Positions 28,557 to 39,663 of a stretch of 64,000 bases of DNA are shown here, one piece after another (position 1 is the stretch's first letter; each line of letters starts with the position of its first letter). The position numbers and the translations under genes are program-made. The notes under the pieces were generated by a model that worked only from the letters and a program-made list of their open reading frames with translations, was not told the DNA's origin and did no database searches. This DNA comes from an uncultured Candidatus Rokubacteria bacterium (lineage in GTDB: Bacteria > Methylomirabilota > Methylomirabilia > Rokubacteriales > CSP1-6): NCBI GenBank assembly GCA_963762145.1, contig CAVXJS010000021.1:992001-1056000 (forward strand). The letters run 5' to 3'.

Positions 28557-29285
28557 TTACTGCTGAGCCTGCCCGTGCCGCTCCGGGAAGTCGTCCTGCA
28601 TGGCGAGGCTGTTGGCCGGCGTGAGCTCCAGAGCCTTTGTCTCGCTCGGCTTGAACTCGACCCGGAGACGCCAGATGGGCTGGCCGGCCACGCGGTCGAT
28701 GAGCTTGTACGAACCCGGTGCGACATTCGGGAACTTGAAGTTCCCTTCCCCGTCGGTCCTCAGGTGATAGCGCTCCTTCTCAGTGGAGCCCTCCGGAACC
28801 AGAAAGAGCTGCAAGCGAGCCATGGGCTTGGGTGCCTGCCCCGCTTCGGCGAAGATGGCTCGGCCTTCGAGGCTGGCATTGCCGGGCTGCCGCTCCTCGC
28901 CGGAGCGGCTCGGCGCGGCCGTGTGGAGACTCGTGGTCGGCAGCGCGCCGGCCCTGGTGAGCCATTGCCGGGCCGCCGCGAACTCGGGAGCGGTCTGGGG
29001 TCCATACTGCACCACCCATCTGAATTCGCGAACCGCGTCGTCCCGTCGATCGAGGTGTGAGCTGGCCACGCCGAGCCCGTAGTGGAGGCTCACCTTGTCC
29101 GGGGCATCGGCGAGCGCCTGCCGGTACAGCTCGCGGGCATCCGTGTAGCGACCTCCCGCCAGCGCCCCGGCGGCCTTCGCCGCGGGATCCTCGGGCGCGG
29201 CCGATCGCACCGGCTGCGACGGAGATTGACATCCGGCCAGGAGCACGAGGAGACCGATCAACCAGTGTGCCTTGGGAGCCACCAT
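28557..29285 (-). CDS. Lipoprotein with TPR-like region and carboxypeptidase-regulatory-like (Ig) domain
   Basis: Lipobox LAGC; ARELYRQAL..LHYGLGVA; TDGEGNFKFPNVAPGSYKL. Confidence 0.75.
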   Translation of the reverse strand: MVAPKAHWLIGLLVLLAGCQSPSQPVRSAAPEDPAAKAAGALAGGRYTDARELYRQALADAPDKVSLHYGLGVASSHLDRRDDAVREFRWVVQYGPQTAPEFAAARQWLTRAGALPTTSLHTAAPSRSGEERQPGNASLEGRAIFAEAGQAPKPMARLQLFLVPEGSTEKERYHLRTDGEGNFKFPNVAPGSYKLIDRVAGQPIWRLRVEFKPSETKALELTPANSLAMQDDFPERHGQAQQ

Positions 29286-29286
29286 G

Positions 29287-30522
29287 TCAGGATCCCGCGA
29301 CCTCCTTGTAGGACCCAGGCTGGATGATAAAGCCCTGCGGCATCTGCCCGCCCGGGTTGCTCGCGTACCCACAGTTGTAGATGATGCTCGAATTGCCGCC
29401 CGTGTTCGTGTCGATGGTCGTCGACGAGACATCCCGGATGTTCTGGCTCATCACCGCGCCCTCGATCAGGCCGGTGCCGGTGCCCGTGTAGACCAGGTCG
29501 TTCACCGAGTAGACCAGCCCCCGCCCGTGGAAGTCGCCGCTGATCGACAACGAGCCCGCGACGATGATCATGCCGCGGAAGATCCCGCTCGGGTCGGCCG
29601 GCGCGTTGCCGTGGATGGACACGCTGGCGAAGTCCGACGTGGCAGTGGTGTTGGTCCCGTTCACGTCGATATTCAGGCCGCTCAACGTGTCAACGAAGAT
29701 GATGCCGTTCGGCAGCTGATTGCCCGCGTTGAAGGCCACCGAGCCCGAATAGTAGGTTCCGGCGGCCTTCGCCATGGCTTTGAGGCTGTTCAGGTCCTGG
29801 TTCTTGAGGATGTACGGGACGAACGCGGAGGTGGGCACGTTCTGCTTCACGTCGGTGATACCGCTCGCCGCCGATTCATTCTCGGCATTGTTCCCATCGG
29901 CGCCGTAGACAAACCCGGAGCCCCCAACGGCCGTGGCCTCTACGCTCCACGTGCCGTCCTTGGCCCCGCAGCTCGGATCAGGACGGGAGTCGATGTTCGT
30001 GTTACCGGTGATGTTGATCTGGCCCTGTACCGTCAGGGCGGCCGGCGGGGGGGTCGCGCTGAAGATGAACCGGGAGACCGTGGCCTGGATCTTCTGGTGT
30101 GCCTTGGAGGCGCTGCCCGTGTTGGTCGGGGCCCAGCCGACCGCGACAACGTTCCGCTCGTTCGGGTTGATCCCGTTGGTGACGGTCACGAACACCACCC
30201 CGATCTGAGTACCGTTGACCGAGATCGGGATCGGGGCGCTGCCATCATAGGGAGCGGGCACGGTCCCCGGTAGCGGGTTGGGCAGCCCGTTCGCGTCGGT
30301 CGGGTTGTTCAAGGCCCAGATGGCCCGCTCAAGACCCGATTCGGTGACGGCCCGGGCCTGGGCCACCAGCTTCTGGTTGGTGGCGATCAAAGGCTCGGAC
30401 GTCGCCAGCAGAGCGAACGAGATGACGAGGGTCGAGAGGATCAGGAGCGCCAGCATGGCCATCGGCAGAGCAACGCCTCGCTGGTTTCGCAAGAGTTCGA
30501 CGTTCTGGTGAAAGCTCCTCAC
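29287..30522 (-). CDS. PilX/GspK-like minor pilin with large C-terminal domain
   Basis: NQRG|VALPM (no Glu+5), ARAVTESGLERA; Thr/Asn/Gly-rich C-terminal region. Confidence 0.82.
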   Translation of the reverse strand: MRSFHQNVELLRNQRGVALPMAMLALLILSTLVISFALLATSEPLIATNQKLVAQARAVTESGLERAIWALNNPTDANGLPNPLPGTVPAPYDGSAPIPISVNGTQIGVVFVTVTNGINPNERNVVAVGWAPTNTGSASKAHQKIQATVSRFIFSATPPPAALTVQGQINITGNTNIDSRPDPSCGAKDGTWSVEATAVGGSGFVYGADGNNAENESAASGITDVKQNVPTSAFVPYILKNQDLNSLKAMAKAAGTYYSGSVAFNAGNQLPNGIIFVDTLSGLNIDVNGTNTTATSDFASVSIHGNAPADPSGIFRGMIIVAGSLSISGDFHGRGLVYSVNDLVYTGTGTGLIEGAVMSQNIRDVSSTTIDTNTGGNSSIIYNCGYASNPGGQMPQGFIIQPGSYKEVAGS

Positions 30523-30536
30523 GTGAGGCTCCTTCC

Positions 30537-31082
30537 CTACGGGATATTTCTCAGCCGAACCAGGGATTCCATGGTGGCGCGCTGATTCGCCGGCGAGCCG
30601 GCCCCGGCGTAGTCCTCTGTCCCGGTGACCAACTGGAGCCCGACGAGCCTGACGCTAGCCGGCGTCGTGGTCGTCGTGCCGGTATTGCTCGCCCCGTTCC
30701 AGGCCGAGTAGTAACTCAACACGAGGGTCTGCACTCCGCCGATGAGCGGCGTCGTCGTGCCCCCCGTGATGCGGTTGAGCGTCGCGCCCGAGAGCTGGTA
30801 CCGAATGGTCGTGCCGTTCAGGTCGACAAATGTCAGGTCGGTCGCACTCGTCACCGTGGTGACGGCCTGGGCGGACCGGAGCTCCCGGGTTATGAGCTCG
30901 AGGGCGGCGCGATTGTTCTGCTGCACTTCGACCCGGTGCGAGCCGACGAGATACGCCTGCTGGCCTTGCATCTGGATCAGCACCACCCCGGCCAGGATCA
31001 TGCCGAGTACCGTCGCCACCACGAGGAGCTCGGTCAGGGTGAATCCCCGTTGGTCCCGGAGGACGGCCCGAAGCCGACTCAT
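30537..31082 (-). CDS. PilW-like minor pilin
   Basis: DQRG|FTLTELLV, QQNNRAALELITRELR, C-terminal VRLRN. Confidence 0.85.
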   Translation of the reverse strand: MSRLRAVLRDQRGFTLTELLVVATVLGMILAGVVLIQMQGQQAYLVGSHRVEVQQNNRAALELITRELRSAQAVTTVTSATDLTFVDLNGTTIRYQLSGATLNRITGGTTTPLIGGVQTLVLSYYSAWNGASNTGTTTTTPASVRLVGLQLVTGTEDYAGAGSPANQRATMESLVRLRNIP

Positions 31083-31594
31083 CGCTGGGCGATCTCCATA
31101 TTCACCGCCACGGAGCGTTGGCCAGAGACAGCACCCGTCCCCGTAGCACTCAGTGGGCGGTAGGTCACCGTCACCGTGACCGTGCGGAGACCGTAAGTGC
31201 CGCTGATCGCCCCCGTGGCGCCACAGACCGTGGTGGAGGCCACCGATTCTGTTATCCGAACCTGACGGCTGTAGGCCGCGTAGGGCGCGGCGATCGCGGT
31301 CTCGTCGGCAAACGTGGTGGTGCCGCCTGAAGTCGGAGCCGCAGTAGAGGATGCGGAAACACCAAGTTCGTCCGAGGTCGGCGGGCAGGTCGCCATCCAC
31401 CGTGCGTTCCGGACCTGATCCAGGCGCTGGTTGGCGAGAAAGGTCGCCGTGGATGTCTGGCTCCCCTCCTGGGTGGCGTAGGTGGAAAGCGGAATGGCCG
31501 AAAGCAGCGCCAGCAGCCCGATGGTGATGATGGGCAGCGCAACCAGTACTTCGGCCAGCGTCATGCCGCGCTGGTTGGAGATCAATCGTCGCAT
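31079..31594 (-). CDS. PilV-like minor pilin
   Basis: NQRG|MTLAEVLVAL, ATFLANQRLDQVR, RTVTVTVTY. Confidence 0.85.
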   Translation of the reverse strand: MRRLISNQRGMTLAEVLVALPIITIGLLALLSAIPLSTYATQEGSQTSTATFLANQRLDQVRNARWMATCPPTSDELGVSASSTAAPTSGGTTTFADETAIAAPYAAYSRQVRITESVASTTVCGATGAISGTYGLRTVTVTVTYRPLSATGTGAVSGQRSVAVNMEIAQR

Positions 31595-31608
31595 CGGCCA
31601 AGCTCCTG

Positions 31609-32109
31609 TCATGGAATCGTGACGCGGCCAGCGGCCGACACGGAGGCGGTCAGGGTCGCACCGGTCTGGGTGTAGGTCAGCGTGTACGTGGCGGCCGGCA
31701 GGGCGGACCCGACATAGTTGAAGATCGGGTTGGCACTGGCGGTGACCGTGATACCCGGCGGTAGATTGATATTGCCGGTCGCGTCGGTGCCGGCGCCCAC
31801 CCAGGTGGTGCCCGCACACGTGCCGAGCCGGTAGCTCATCTGCGTGGCGCTCGGCAGTGTCACGCACACGTTACCGTTTTCCTTGATGGCGAGCTCACGG
31901 GCCTGGTTCACCAGCGTCACGACCTGCTGCGCACTCGACTTCAATCCGGCCGCTCGGAGGTAAGTGAGGAAGGACGGGACCGCCACCACGGCGAGGATGC
32001 CAATGACCGCGATCACGATCACGAGCTCGGCGAGCGTGAATCCCGGCGCCTTGCGCCACCGAGCGGTCTGCCACGCCTTGCGCCACCGAGCGGTCTGCCT
32101 TTCGCTCAA
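31609..32109 (-). CDS. FimT/FimU/GspH-like minor pilin
   Basis: SD GGAGGAG plus TTG; PG|FTLAELVIVIAVIGILAVVAVPSF, ARELAI, GRVTIP. Confidence 0.85.
   Translation of the reverse strand: MSERQTARWRKAWQTARWRKAPGFTLAELVIVIAVIGILAVVAVPSFLTYLRAAGLKSSAQQVVTLVNQARELAIKENGNVCVTLPSATQMSYRLGTCAGTTWVGAGTDATGNINLPPGITVTASANPIFNYVGSALPAATYTLTYTQTGATLTASVSAAGRVTIP
32047..32099. repeat. 27-bp in-frame tandem duplication in the prepilin leader
   Basis: CGCCTTGCGCCACCGAGCGGTCTGCC twice; encodes QTARWRKA-W-QTARWRKA. Confidence 0.9.
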
Positions 32110-32153
32110 AGTCAGCTCCTCCCTGAATTCAACGCACTGGGCTGAGTTAGATC

Positions 32154-32168
32154 GCAAGCGGCGTGCCA
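32154..32168 (-). promoter_or_regulatory. Sigma-54 promoter of the pilin operon
   Basis: TGGCAC-GCCGC-TTGC matches the -24/-12 consensus. Confidence 0.8.
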
Positions 32169-32261
32169 TCCGGGCCGGCCCGGCTCAAAGCAAGAATTGC
32201 TTGTATCGTCAGGGAGTTGTGCCACGATCGACGCGGTGCCGCCCTTGGGATGGACCTTTCG

Positions 32262-32277
32262 TGTCACCGGCGTGACA
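32262..32277. promoter_or_regulatory. Candidate enhancer (UAS) for a sigma-54 activator
   Basis: TGTCAC-CGGC-GTGACA (TGT-N10-ACA) about 95 bp upstream of the -24 box; extra TGACA half-site at 32282-32286. Confidence 0.5.
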
Positions 32278-32380
32278 TCCCTGACAAGGGGGAGGGGATT
32301 CTCGCCCGGCTAAGGGCGTTCAGCCTGACCGGGGGGACAGGACCTGGCGGCTCGCTCCTCGAACCCATCATCCTCCTCAC

Positions 32381-33751
32381 TCACGCGACTCTCCGGCGCA
32401 TCAGCCAGACGTAGAAGCCGAGCAGCAGCGCCCCGGCCAGCGCGAGGCCGACCGACTGCATCATCCACATGCCGGTGACGCCCCAGGGCGGCCCCCACAC
32501 GCCGCGAAAGGCCACGTGGTAGCCACCCACGAGGCCCACGCCCCAGAGCGTGACCGCGTACACCACGGTGGGGGCGATCGCGCGCTTGTGAGCCCGGAGC
32601 ACGAAGCCGACCGCGGTCTGCACCGCGTCGAACACGTGGAAGGCGGCCAGGAACGGAACCAGGGTCAGCGCCACCGCCGCCGCCGCCGCGTCGTTCGTGT
32701 AGAGGCGGACGACCGGGTGGCGCAGCGTCCACACCGCGAGCGCGAGCGATGCCCCCGCGATCAGGGCGATGCGGATCCCGGTGGCCGCGGTGCGTTGCGC
32801 CCGCCCGGCGTCCTCCGCCCCGATCGCGTGGGCGGTCAGGGTCGCGGTGGCGACCGCGAGCGAGAGCGGGACCATGAAGCAGAGGCCCGCGAGGTTCGCC
32901 ACGATCTGGTGGCCCGCCATCACGCCGGTGCCGAGCCGGGCCACGAGCAGGGTGATGAACGTGAACGACGTCGCCTCGATCGCGTAGGACAGGCCCATGG
33001 GGATGCCGAGATGGACCTGCTCGCGGAGGACGGACCAGCGGGGCACCGCGCGGCGGATCGCGAAGCGGTGGTAGAAGGGGTCGAGGCGGGTGTGCGTCCA
33101 GCCCGCCGCGAAGAGAACCCAGAAGACGATGCCCGAGGCGAGCGCGCCACCCACCGCGCCCAGCCGCGGCAGCCCGAGCGCGCCGAAGATCAGGCCGTAG
33201 CTCAGGACCACCTTCAGCGCGAGCCCGGCGACCTGCATGCGCATGACGACGCGCGGCCGCGCCACCGCGATGTTGAGCGCGGAGATCACCCGGAACATGA
33301 GCGCGGCGGGCATCGCCGCCGCGACCACGAGCAGGTACCGCGTCACCACCGCCTCGACGTCGGGCGGGGCGTGGATCCGTCCGAGCCAGGGCCCGGGAAA
33401 CGCGAGGAAGAGGCCGCCCGCGGTCGAGAGCAGCAGGGCCAGCCAGAGCCCCTGCACGTAGCTCACGCCGATGGCGGTGTGCCGGCCCCCGCCGTGGTGC
33501 TGCCCGATGATCGGGTTCAGCGCGTTCAGCATGCCGAGGAGCGTCACGAAGACGCTCGAGTAGACGCCGGTCCCCAGGCCCATCGCGGCCAGGTCGGTGG
33601 CCGAGGCGTGGCCGGTGAGCACGGTGTCCACGACTCCGTACAGCATCACCGCCACCTGCCCGACGAAGATCGGGCGCGCCTGGTCGAGGATGCCCCTCGC
33701 GATCGACGGCGCCGGCGGATCCAGGTGCGCGGCGGGGCCGCCCCCGGTCAC
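32381..33751 (-). CDS. MATE family efflux transporter
   Basis: About 12 TM segments; VVDTVLTGH, GLPRLGAVGGALAS, AGHQI, FDAVQ. Confidence 0.9.
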   Translation of the reverse strand: MTGGGPAAHLDPPAPSIARGILDQARPIFVGQVAVMLYGVVDTVLTGHASATDLAAMGLGTGVYSSVFVTLLGMLNALNPIIGQHHGGGRHTAIGVSYVQGLWLALLLSTAGGLFLAFPGPWLGRIHAPPDVEAVVTRYLLVVAAAMPAALMFRVISALNIAVARPRVVMRMQVAGLALKVVLSYGLIFGALGLPRLGAVGGALASGIVFWVLFAAGWTHTRLDPFYHRFAIRRAVPRWSVLREQVHLGIPMGLSYAIEATSFTFITLLVARLGTGVMAGHQIVANLAGLCFMVPLSLAVATATLTAHAIGAEDAGRAQRTAATGIRIALIAGASLALAVWTLRHPVVRLYTNDAAAAAVALTLVPFLAAFHVFDAVQTAVGFVLRAHKRAIAPTVVYAVTLWGVGLVGGYHVAFRGVWGPPWGVTGMWMMQSVGLALAGALLLGFYVWLMRRRVA

Positions 33752-35385
33752 CGCCGGACCACGTAGCCGATGGACTCGCGGTCCCAGGTGGCCGCGGTGA
33801 TCCCCGCCTCGCGCAGCGGCGTCTTCTGGATCTTGCCGGTGGGGGTCTTGGCCAGCTCACCGGATACCACCTCCACGAAGCGCGGCACCGCGAAGTGCGG
33901 CATCCGGGGCGCGCACCAGTCGAGCAGGTCCACCGGATCCACCCCCGCGCCGGGGGTCGGCACCACGTAGGCCTTCACCTCGTCCTCCCCGCCCGCGCCG
34001 GCCACCTTGACCGCGACCACCGCCGACTCGGCCACCGCGGGGTGGGCATTGAGCACCTGCTCGATCTCGAAGCTCGAGATGTTCTCGCCCCGCCGGCGGA
34101 TGCAGTCCTTGATGCGATCCACGAAGTGCAGGCGGCCCGCGTCGTCGAACCGTCCGGCGTCGCCGGTGTGAAACCAGAGATTGCGCCACGCCTCCACCGT
34201 CTTCTCGGGCATCCGGAAGTAGCCGGCCATGACGCAGCCCGGGACCTTCGGCCGCACCACGATCTCGCCGGTCTGCCCCGGGGGAAGGAGCGCGTCGGTG
34301 GCGGGATCGGCGATCGCGACGTCGAACCAGTCGTGGAGCGGGTACCCGGCGCAGCCCGGCACGAGCGCGTCGCCCGGACGGGTGTACGCCACGATGTTGC
34401 ACTCGGTCATGCCGAACCCCTGCATGAACGGCACGCCGAAGCGCTGCTCGAAGGCCGCGCCCCACTCGGGCGCGATCGGCACCGCCATCATCAGCCGCAG
34501 CCGGTGATCGCGATCGCGATCGGTCGGGGGCTGGCGGAAGATGAACTCGGGAATGACGCCGAGGCCGTTCGTGATCGTGGCCTCGGCCGCGCGCACCTCC
34601 TCGAGCCAGGTCGTGGCCCGGAAGCGCTCGGTCACCAGCGCCTCCGCGCCCGCGATCAGACAGCCCAGGAACTGCATGAGCAGGGCGTTGGCGTGGAACA
34701 GGGGCATGCAGATGAAGTAGCGATCGGCCGCGGTGAGCGACGTCGCCTCCGCCAGCCCGAGGCCGGCCAGGTAGCAGTGCCCGTGCGGGATGAGCACGCC
34801 CTTCGACGGCCCGGTCGTGCCGGAGGTGTACATGATCATCGCGACGTCGCCGGGCTCGGGCGTCACCAGATCCGCCGACGCCCGGAGCGCCCGCAGCTCG
34901 GGCCACGTGAGCCGCCGCGACCCGGCCAGGCCCGCGGGCGTCGGGGTGGCCGCGTCGCCGACGATGACGAGGGTCTCGGGGGCCACCGGACCCGCGGTGA
35001 CTCCGGCGAGGTTCGCGGCCAGGCGGTCCTCGAGGACGACGACGCGCGGCTCGGCGTTGCGCAGCTGGTGCTGGAGGAACGCGCCGCGCAGCGCGGTGTT
35101 GACCGGCACCCAGACCGCGCCGAGCTTCACGGTCGCGAAGAGCAGGCCGATCGACTCCGCGCGGTTGCCGATGAGGCCCAGCACGCGATCGCCGGGTTGC
35201 ACGCCGAGGGCGGCCAGCGACCCGGCCAGCTCGTCCGTCCACGCATCGAGCGCGCGGTAGGTGAAGGCCTGCCCGTCCTCGAAGCGGACGAACGGGCGCG
35301 CTCCCTGCGCGCCGGCCTGCCGGCGAATCAGGTGGACGAGCGTCCACTCGCGCCACGGGGCCCGGATGCGTGCCGGCTCAGCCAC
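33748..35385 (-). CDS. Acyl-CoA synthetase, CaiC-like
   Basis: YTSGTTGPSKG, PLFHANA, FGMTE, WFHTGD, RRRGENISS, KTPTGK. Confidence 0.92.
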   Translation of the reverse strand: MAEPARIRAPWREWTLVHLIRRQAGAQGARPFVRFEDGQAFTYRALDAWTDELAGSLAALGVQPGDRVLGLIGNRAESIGLLFATVKLGAVWVPVNTALRGAFLQHQLRNAEPRVVVLEDRLAANLAGVTAGPVAPETLVIVGDAATPTPAGLAGSRRLTWPELRALRASADLVTPEPGDVAMIMYTSGTTGPSKGVLIPHGHCYLAGLGLAEATSLTAADRYFICMPLFHANALLMQFLGCLIAGAEALVTERFRATTWLEEVRAAEATITNGLGVIPEFIFRQPPTDRDRDHRLRLMMAVPIAPEWGAAFEQRFGVPFMQGFGMTECNIVAYTRPGDALVPGCAGYPLHDWFDVAIADPATDALLPPGQTGEIVVRPKVPGCVMAGYFRMPEKTVEAWRNLWFHTGDAGRFDDAGRLHFVDRIKDCIRRRGENISSFEIEQVLNAHPAVAESAVVAVKVAGAGGEDEVKAYVVPTPGAGVDPVDLLDWCAPRMPHFAVPRFVEVVSGELAKTPTGKIQKTPLREAGITAATWDRESIGYVVRR

Positions 35386-35704
35386 CAGGGGGACGGTATC
35401 CCGCCCCCTGGGCCAGGAGCAGGGCGTCGAAGCCTTCGTCGGGCGACATCAGGATGGTGGTCTTGAAGTCCTTCACCGCGCCGCTTCCCGCGATGGCCAT
35501 GGAGAACGCGGCCGCGTTGATGTTGCTGGGCACGTCGAAGAGTACGAGCACGTCGTAGTCACCGAACGTGTAGTACCAGGCCAGCACCCGGCCGCCGAGC
35601 TTCTCGACGACGGGCTTGAGCGCCTCCATCCGGTTCTCGGGCCGCTGGACCAGCTTGTTCCACGCCACGTTCGTGTAGGACGCCTGCACCATGTAAGTCG
35701 GCAT
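35378..35704 (-). CDS. GYD domain protein
   Basis: MPTY...YT...VEKLGG...YYTFGDYD...GSGAV. Confidence 0.88.
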   Translation of the reverse strand: MPTYMVQASYTNVAWNKLVQRPENRMEALKPVVEKLGGRVLAWYYTFGDYDVLVLFDVPSNINAAAFSMAIAGSGAVKDFKTTILMSPDEGFDALLLAQGAGYRPPGG

Positions 35705-35791
35705 GGGAATCCTCCTCGCCCACCGTGCGCTGCGCCGAGAACTCTGCGCCTCTCCGCGGCAGCAGTCAAGGCGCCGGGGGAGCCCGCCGCG

Positions 35792-36151
35792 CTAGAGGTC
35801 GACCACGACCTTGAAGCCGCCGTAGACCATGCGCTTGAAATCGAACGGCATCGATTTCGCATCCATGGACGCGCCCAGGCGCTTGTCCTTCATCACGAGG
35901 GCGTTGACCCGATCCCGATGCGCCCGCGACCGGAACACGATCCACGAGAACACCACCGTCTCGCCGCGCTTGAGCTTGATCCGGCGGGGAAACGGGGTCA
36001 ACCCCTTCACGTCGAGGTCGTCGCCGACACACTCCCGGTACTCCAGCGCGCCGTGCTCCCGCCAGATCGTCCCCGCCTTCCGCGCGATGCGACGATAGGC
36101 CGTGATGTTCTTCTTCAGCACCGGCAGCACGTAGCCGTCCACGTAGCGCAT
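35792..36151 (-). CDS. DUF1428 (YbaA) family protein
   Basis: YVDGYVLPV, EHGALEYRECVGDD, VVFSWI, MPFDFKRMVYGGF. Confidence 0.92.
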   Translation of the reverse strand: MRYVDGYVLPVLKKNITAYRRIARKAGTIWREHGALEYRECVGDDLDVKGLTPFPRRIKLKRGETVVFSWIVFRSRAHRDRVNALVMKDKRLGASMDAKSMPFDFKRMVYGGFKVVVDL

Positions 36152-36176
36152 GATGCATTTCTCCCGTCTAGGCGGC

Positions 36177-37263
36177 TCAGTCGTCGAGCGCCTGGTAGAT
36201 CGATGTCCAGAAGTCACGACAGACATCCGGCGGGCGGGGCGACGTCCACGCGCGCTGGGTCATCAGGACCGCGACGAGGTCCTCGCGGGGATCCGACCGC
36301 CAGGACGTGCCCAGGCCGCCGTCCCAGCCGAACTGGCCGACGGATCCCGGCACGTCATCCCGCCGGGTGACCATGGACAGGCCGAAGCCCCAGCCGTGGG
36401 AGTCGAAGTAGCCGTCGACCAGGCCGGACGCCGCCTTCTGCTCGGGCGTGAGCTGATCGGTCGTCATCGTCTCGACCGAGGCGCTCGAGAGGATGCGCTC
36501 GCGACCGTGCCGCCCCTTGTGGAGCAGCATCCGCCCGAAGGACAGGTAGTCGTCGACGGTGGAGACCAGGCCGCTGGCCGCGGCGGGAAACGCGGGCGGG
36601 CGGCTCCAGTGGCCGCCCGCGGCCTCGTCGAAGACCTCGATCGCCCCGCTCTCGGGATTGCTCCAGTAGCTCGTGGCCAGCCGGTCGATCTTGCCCGCGG
36701 GCACGCTGAAGCCGGTATCCTTCATGCCGAGCGGCTCGAAGAGGCGCGCGCGCAGGAACGCCTCGAGGGGCTGGCCGGCCGCGCGCGCGATCAGCACCCC
36801 GAGGACGTCCAGGCCCAGGTCGTACATCCACCGCTCGCCGGGCTGGTGCATCAGCGGCAGCGTCGCCACGTTGCGGATCCACTCGTCCGGCGCCGGCAGA
36901 TCCAGCGGCCGCGGGGGACCCAGGAGCAGCTTGTGCCGGTTGGCCGCCTGCAAGATTGGATAGGAGCTCGCCGCGTCCATGACGTAGCCGAGCCCCATCC
37001 GGAGGGTCAGCAGGTCGCGCAGGCTGAGCGGCCGGTGCGCGGGCACGGTGTCGTCGAGCGGCCCGTCGAGCCGCTTCAGCACCGTCCGCCCGGACAGCTC
37101 CCACGCCGATCGCCTCGACGCGCACCTCGCCCCGCCGGCTGACCAGCGTGACCAGGCCGGGGACCTCGCCGCCCTCGACGTGCCCGGCCATCACGTCGCG
37201 CATGCGAGCGAGCCGGCTCCGGGACAATCCGGTGCGGCTCTCCGCCGTTCGCCCCCTAGCCAC
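36177..37263 (-). pseudogene. Beta-lactamase-family serine hydrolase with internal deletion and frameshift near 37100
   Basis: N-terminus (GEVPGLVTLVSRRGEV) joins out of frame to ELSGRTVLKRLDGPLDDTVPA; the FRIASxxK catalytic segment is absent; QPGERWMY, FGWDGG intact. Confidence 0.8.
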
Positions 37264-37548
37264 CGGCCATCGCGCCCACGACCAGGTACGGCTCCGTGCC
37301 TTCCGCCACTTCGTCGGGGAGCGGGGCGTCCGGGGACTCGTGGGAGAGATCCTCCTCGCAGGCGAAGAACCGGAGAAACGGCCGCCGCTGCTGGGTGACG
37401 TGGTCGCGGATCGTCCCGCGCAGCATCGGGTAGGCGGCCTCGAGCGCGTCGAGCACCGATCGCTGCGTCACCGCGCCCGCGACGTGGATCTTCACCTCGC
37501 CGTCCACGCGCGCGAGCGTCCGCAGGTGAGCCGGCAGCACCACCCGGA

Positions 37549-37552
<4 letters not shown>
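37256..37552 (-). CDS. MoaD/ThiS family ubiquitin-like protein
   Basis: [25 protein letters not shown]-terminal AMAGG. Confidence 0.88.
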
Positions 37553-38660
<1,108 letters not shown>

Positions 38661-38664
<4 letters not shown>

Positions 38665-38753
38665 CGCGTCGCCCTCCCCTCGAGCTCGAGCTCCTTGCTC
38701 GGGGCGCCCGCCTCCGACTCCTTCGTCGCCTTGATCAGCATCATGAATCGCAT
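38661..38753 (-). pseudogene. Remnant of a YciI/DGPF-family gene (30 aa)
   Basis: SD GAGGAGG; [30 protein letters not shown] matches the DGPF-protein N-terminus; the DGPF core is missing. Confidence 0.7.
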
Positions 38754-38765
38754 CGCCTTGCCTCC

Positions 38766-39146
38766 TCAGGATTTCCTCAGCGGAACCAGGGCCTTCAGCC
38801 GAGGCTCACGCAGGTAGATGCCGAGCCAGACCACGAGCCCGATCGCGAACTGCGCCAGGAAGGGGTCCCCGACACGCCAGTGAGTGCAGATCGCGCCCCC
38901 CAGGTAACCGGTGAGGAGAATCGCGCCCAGCACCGACGTCGCCGGGATCAGGAAGATCACCGTGCAGGCGGCCTCGAGGATTCCCAGCGGGACGGTCATC
39001 GACTCGGGCAGCCCCAGCTGCGCCATGCCGTCCTTCACCTCGGGGCCGCCGACGAACTTCATGGCCGCGCTGAACAGGAACAGGAGTGACACGAGCCCGG
39101 TGATCACCCGCCCGGTCCACACGATCTTTCCGCTCGCACCTTGCAA
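38766..39146 (-). CDS. DoxX-like family membrane protein
   Basis: [37 protein letters not shown]. Confidence 0.88.
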   Translation of the reverse strand: MQGASGKIVWTGRVITGLVSLLFLFSAAMKFVGGPEVKDGMAQLGLPESMTVPLGILEAACTVIFLIPATSVLGAILLTGYLGGAICTHWRVGDPFLAQFAIGLVVWLGIYLREPRLKALVPLRKS

Positions 39147-39174
39147 TGCACGCCTCCTCGTGACGGCCAGGCCG

Positions 39175-39654
39175 TCAGTGACCGACGGTTTTCCGGATGC
39201 TGCCATAGTGCTCGTCGATGTGGCCGAGCAGGCCAGCCCGGATCAGCTGCTCGGCCGTCATCGGGGGCATGCTCTTGAACACCATACCGCTCCTTGCAAG
39301 CTCCGCGTCGCTCAGCCCGCGGATCGTCGCGGCGGCGGCCGTCGTGCCCTTCCGGTGCAGCTCGATCGTCTCCGCCCGGGTGCAGCCCGCGAAATCTCGC
39401 GCGTGCTGGGCATTCATCCCGTCGATCATCTCCATGCTGAGATTCCCCGGCGCCTGCCCCGACGTGACGGCCCGGATCATGGCGCAGATCGGCTCCAGCA
39501 CGCTGGCCATGTGGTGGGCCGTCACGCCCACCGGCCACTTCTCGGCCGCGGTCACCTGGCTCCAGTCCGCATCGCTGAGCTTCTCCAGCGTGTCGACCGC
39601 CTCGCGAGACTTCGCCTCGAACTGCCTCGCCAGCTCCTCGCTCTTCGCTCCCAT
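39175..39654 (-). CDS. DinB/maleylpyruvate isomerase N-terminal-like protein
   Basis: LSDADW...EKWPVGVTAHH...GHIDEH. Confidence 0.78.
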   Translation of the reverse strand: MGAKSEELARQFEAKSREAVDTLEKLSDADWSQVTAAEKWPVGVTAHHMASVLEPICAMIRAVTSGQAPGNLSMEMIDGMNAQHARDFAGCTRAETIELHRKGTTAAAATIRGLSDAELARSGMVFKSMPPMTAEQLIRAGLLGHIDEHYGSIRKTVGH

Positions 39655-39663
39655 GGTCGCCTC

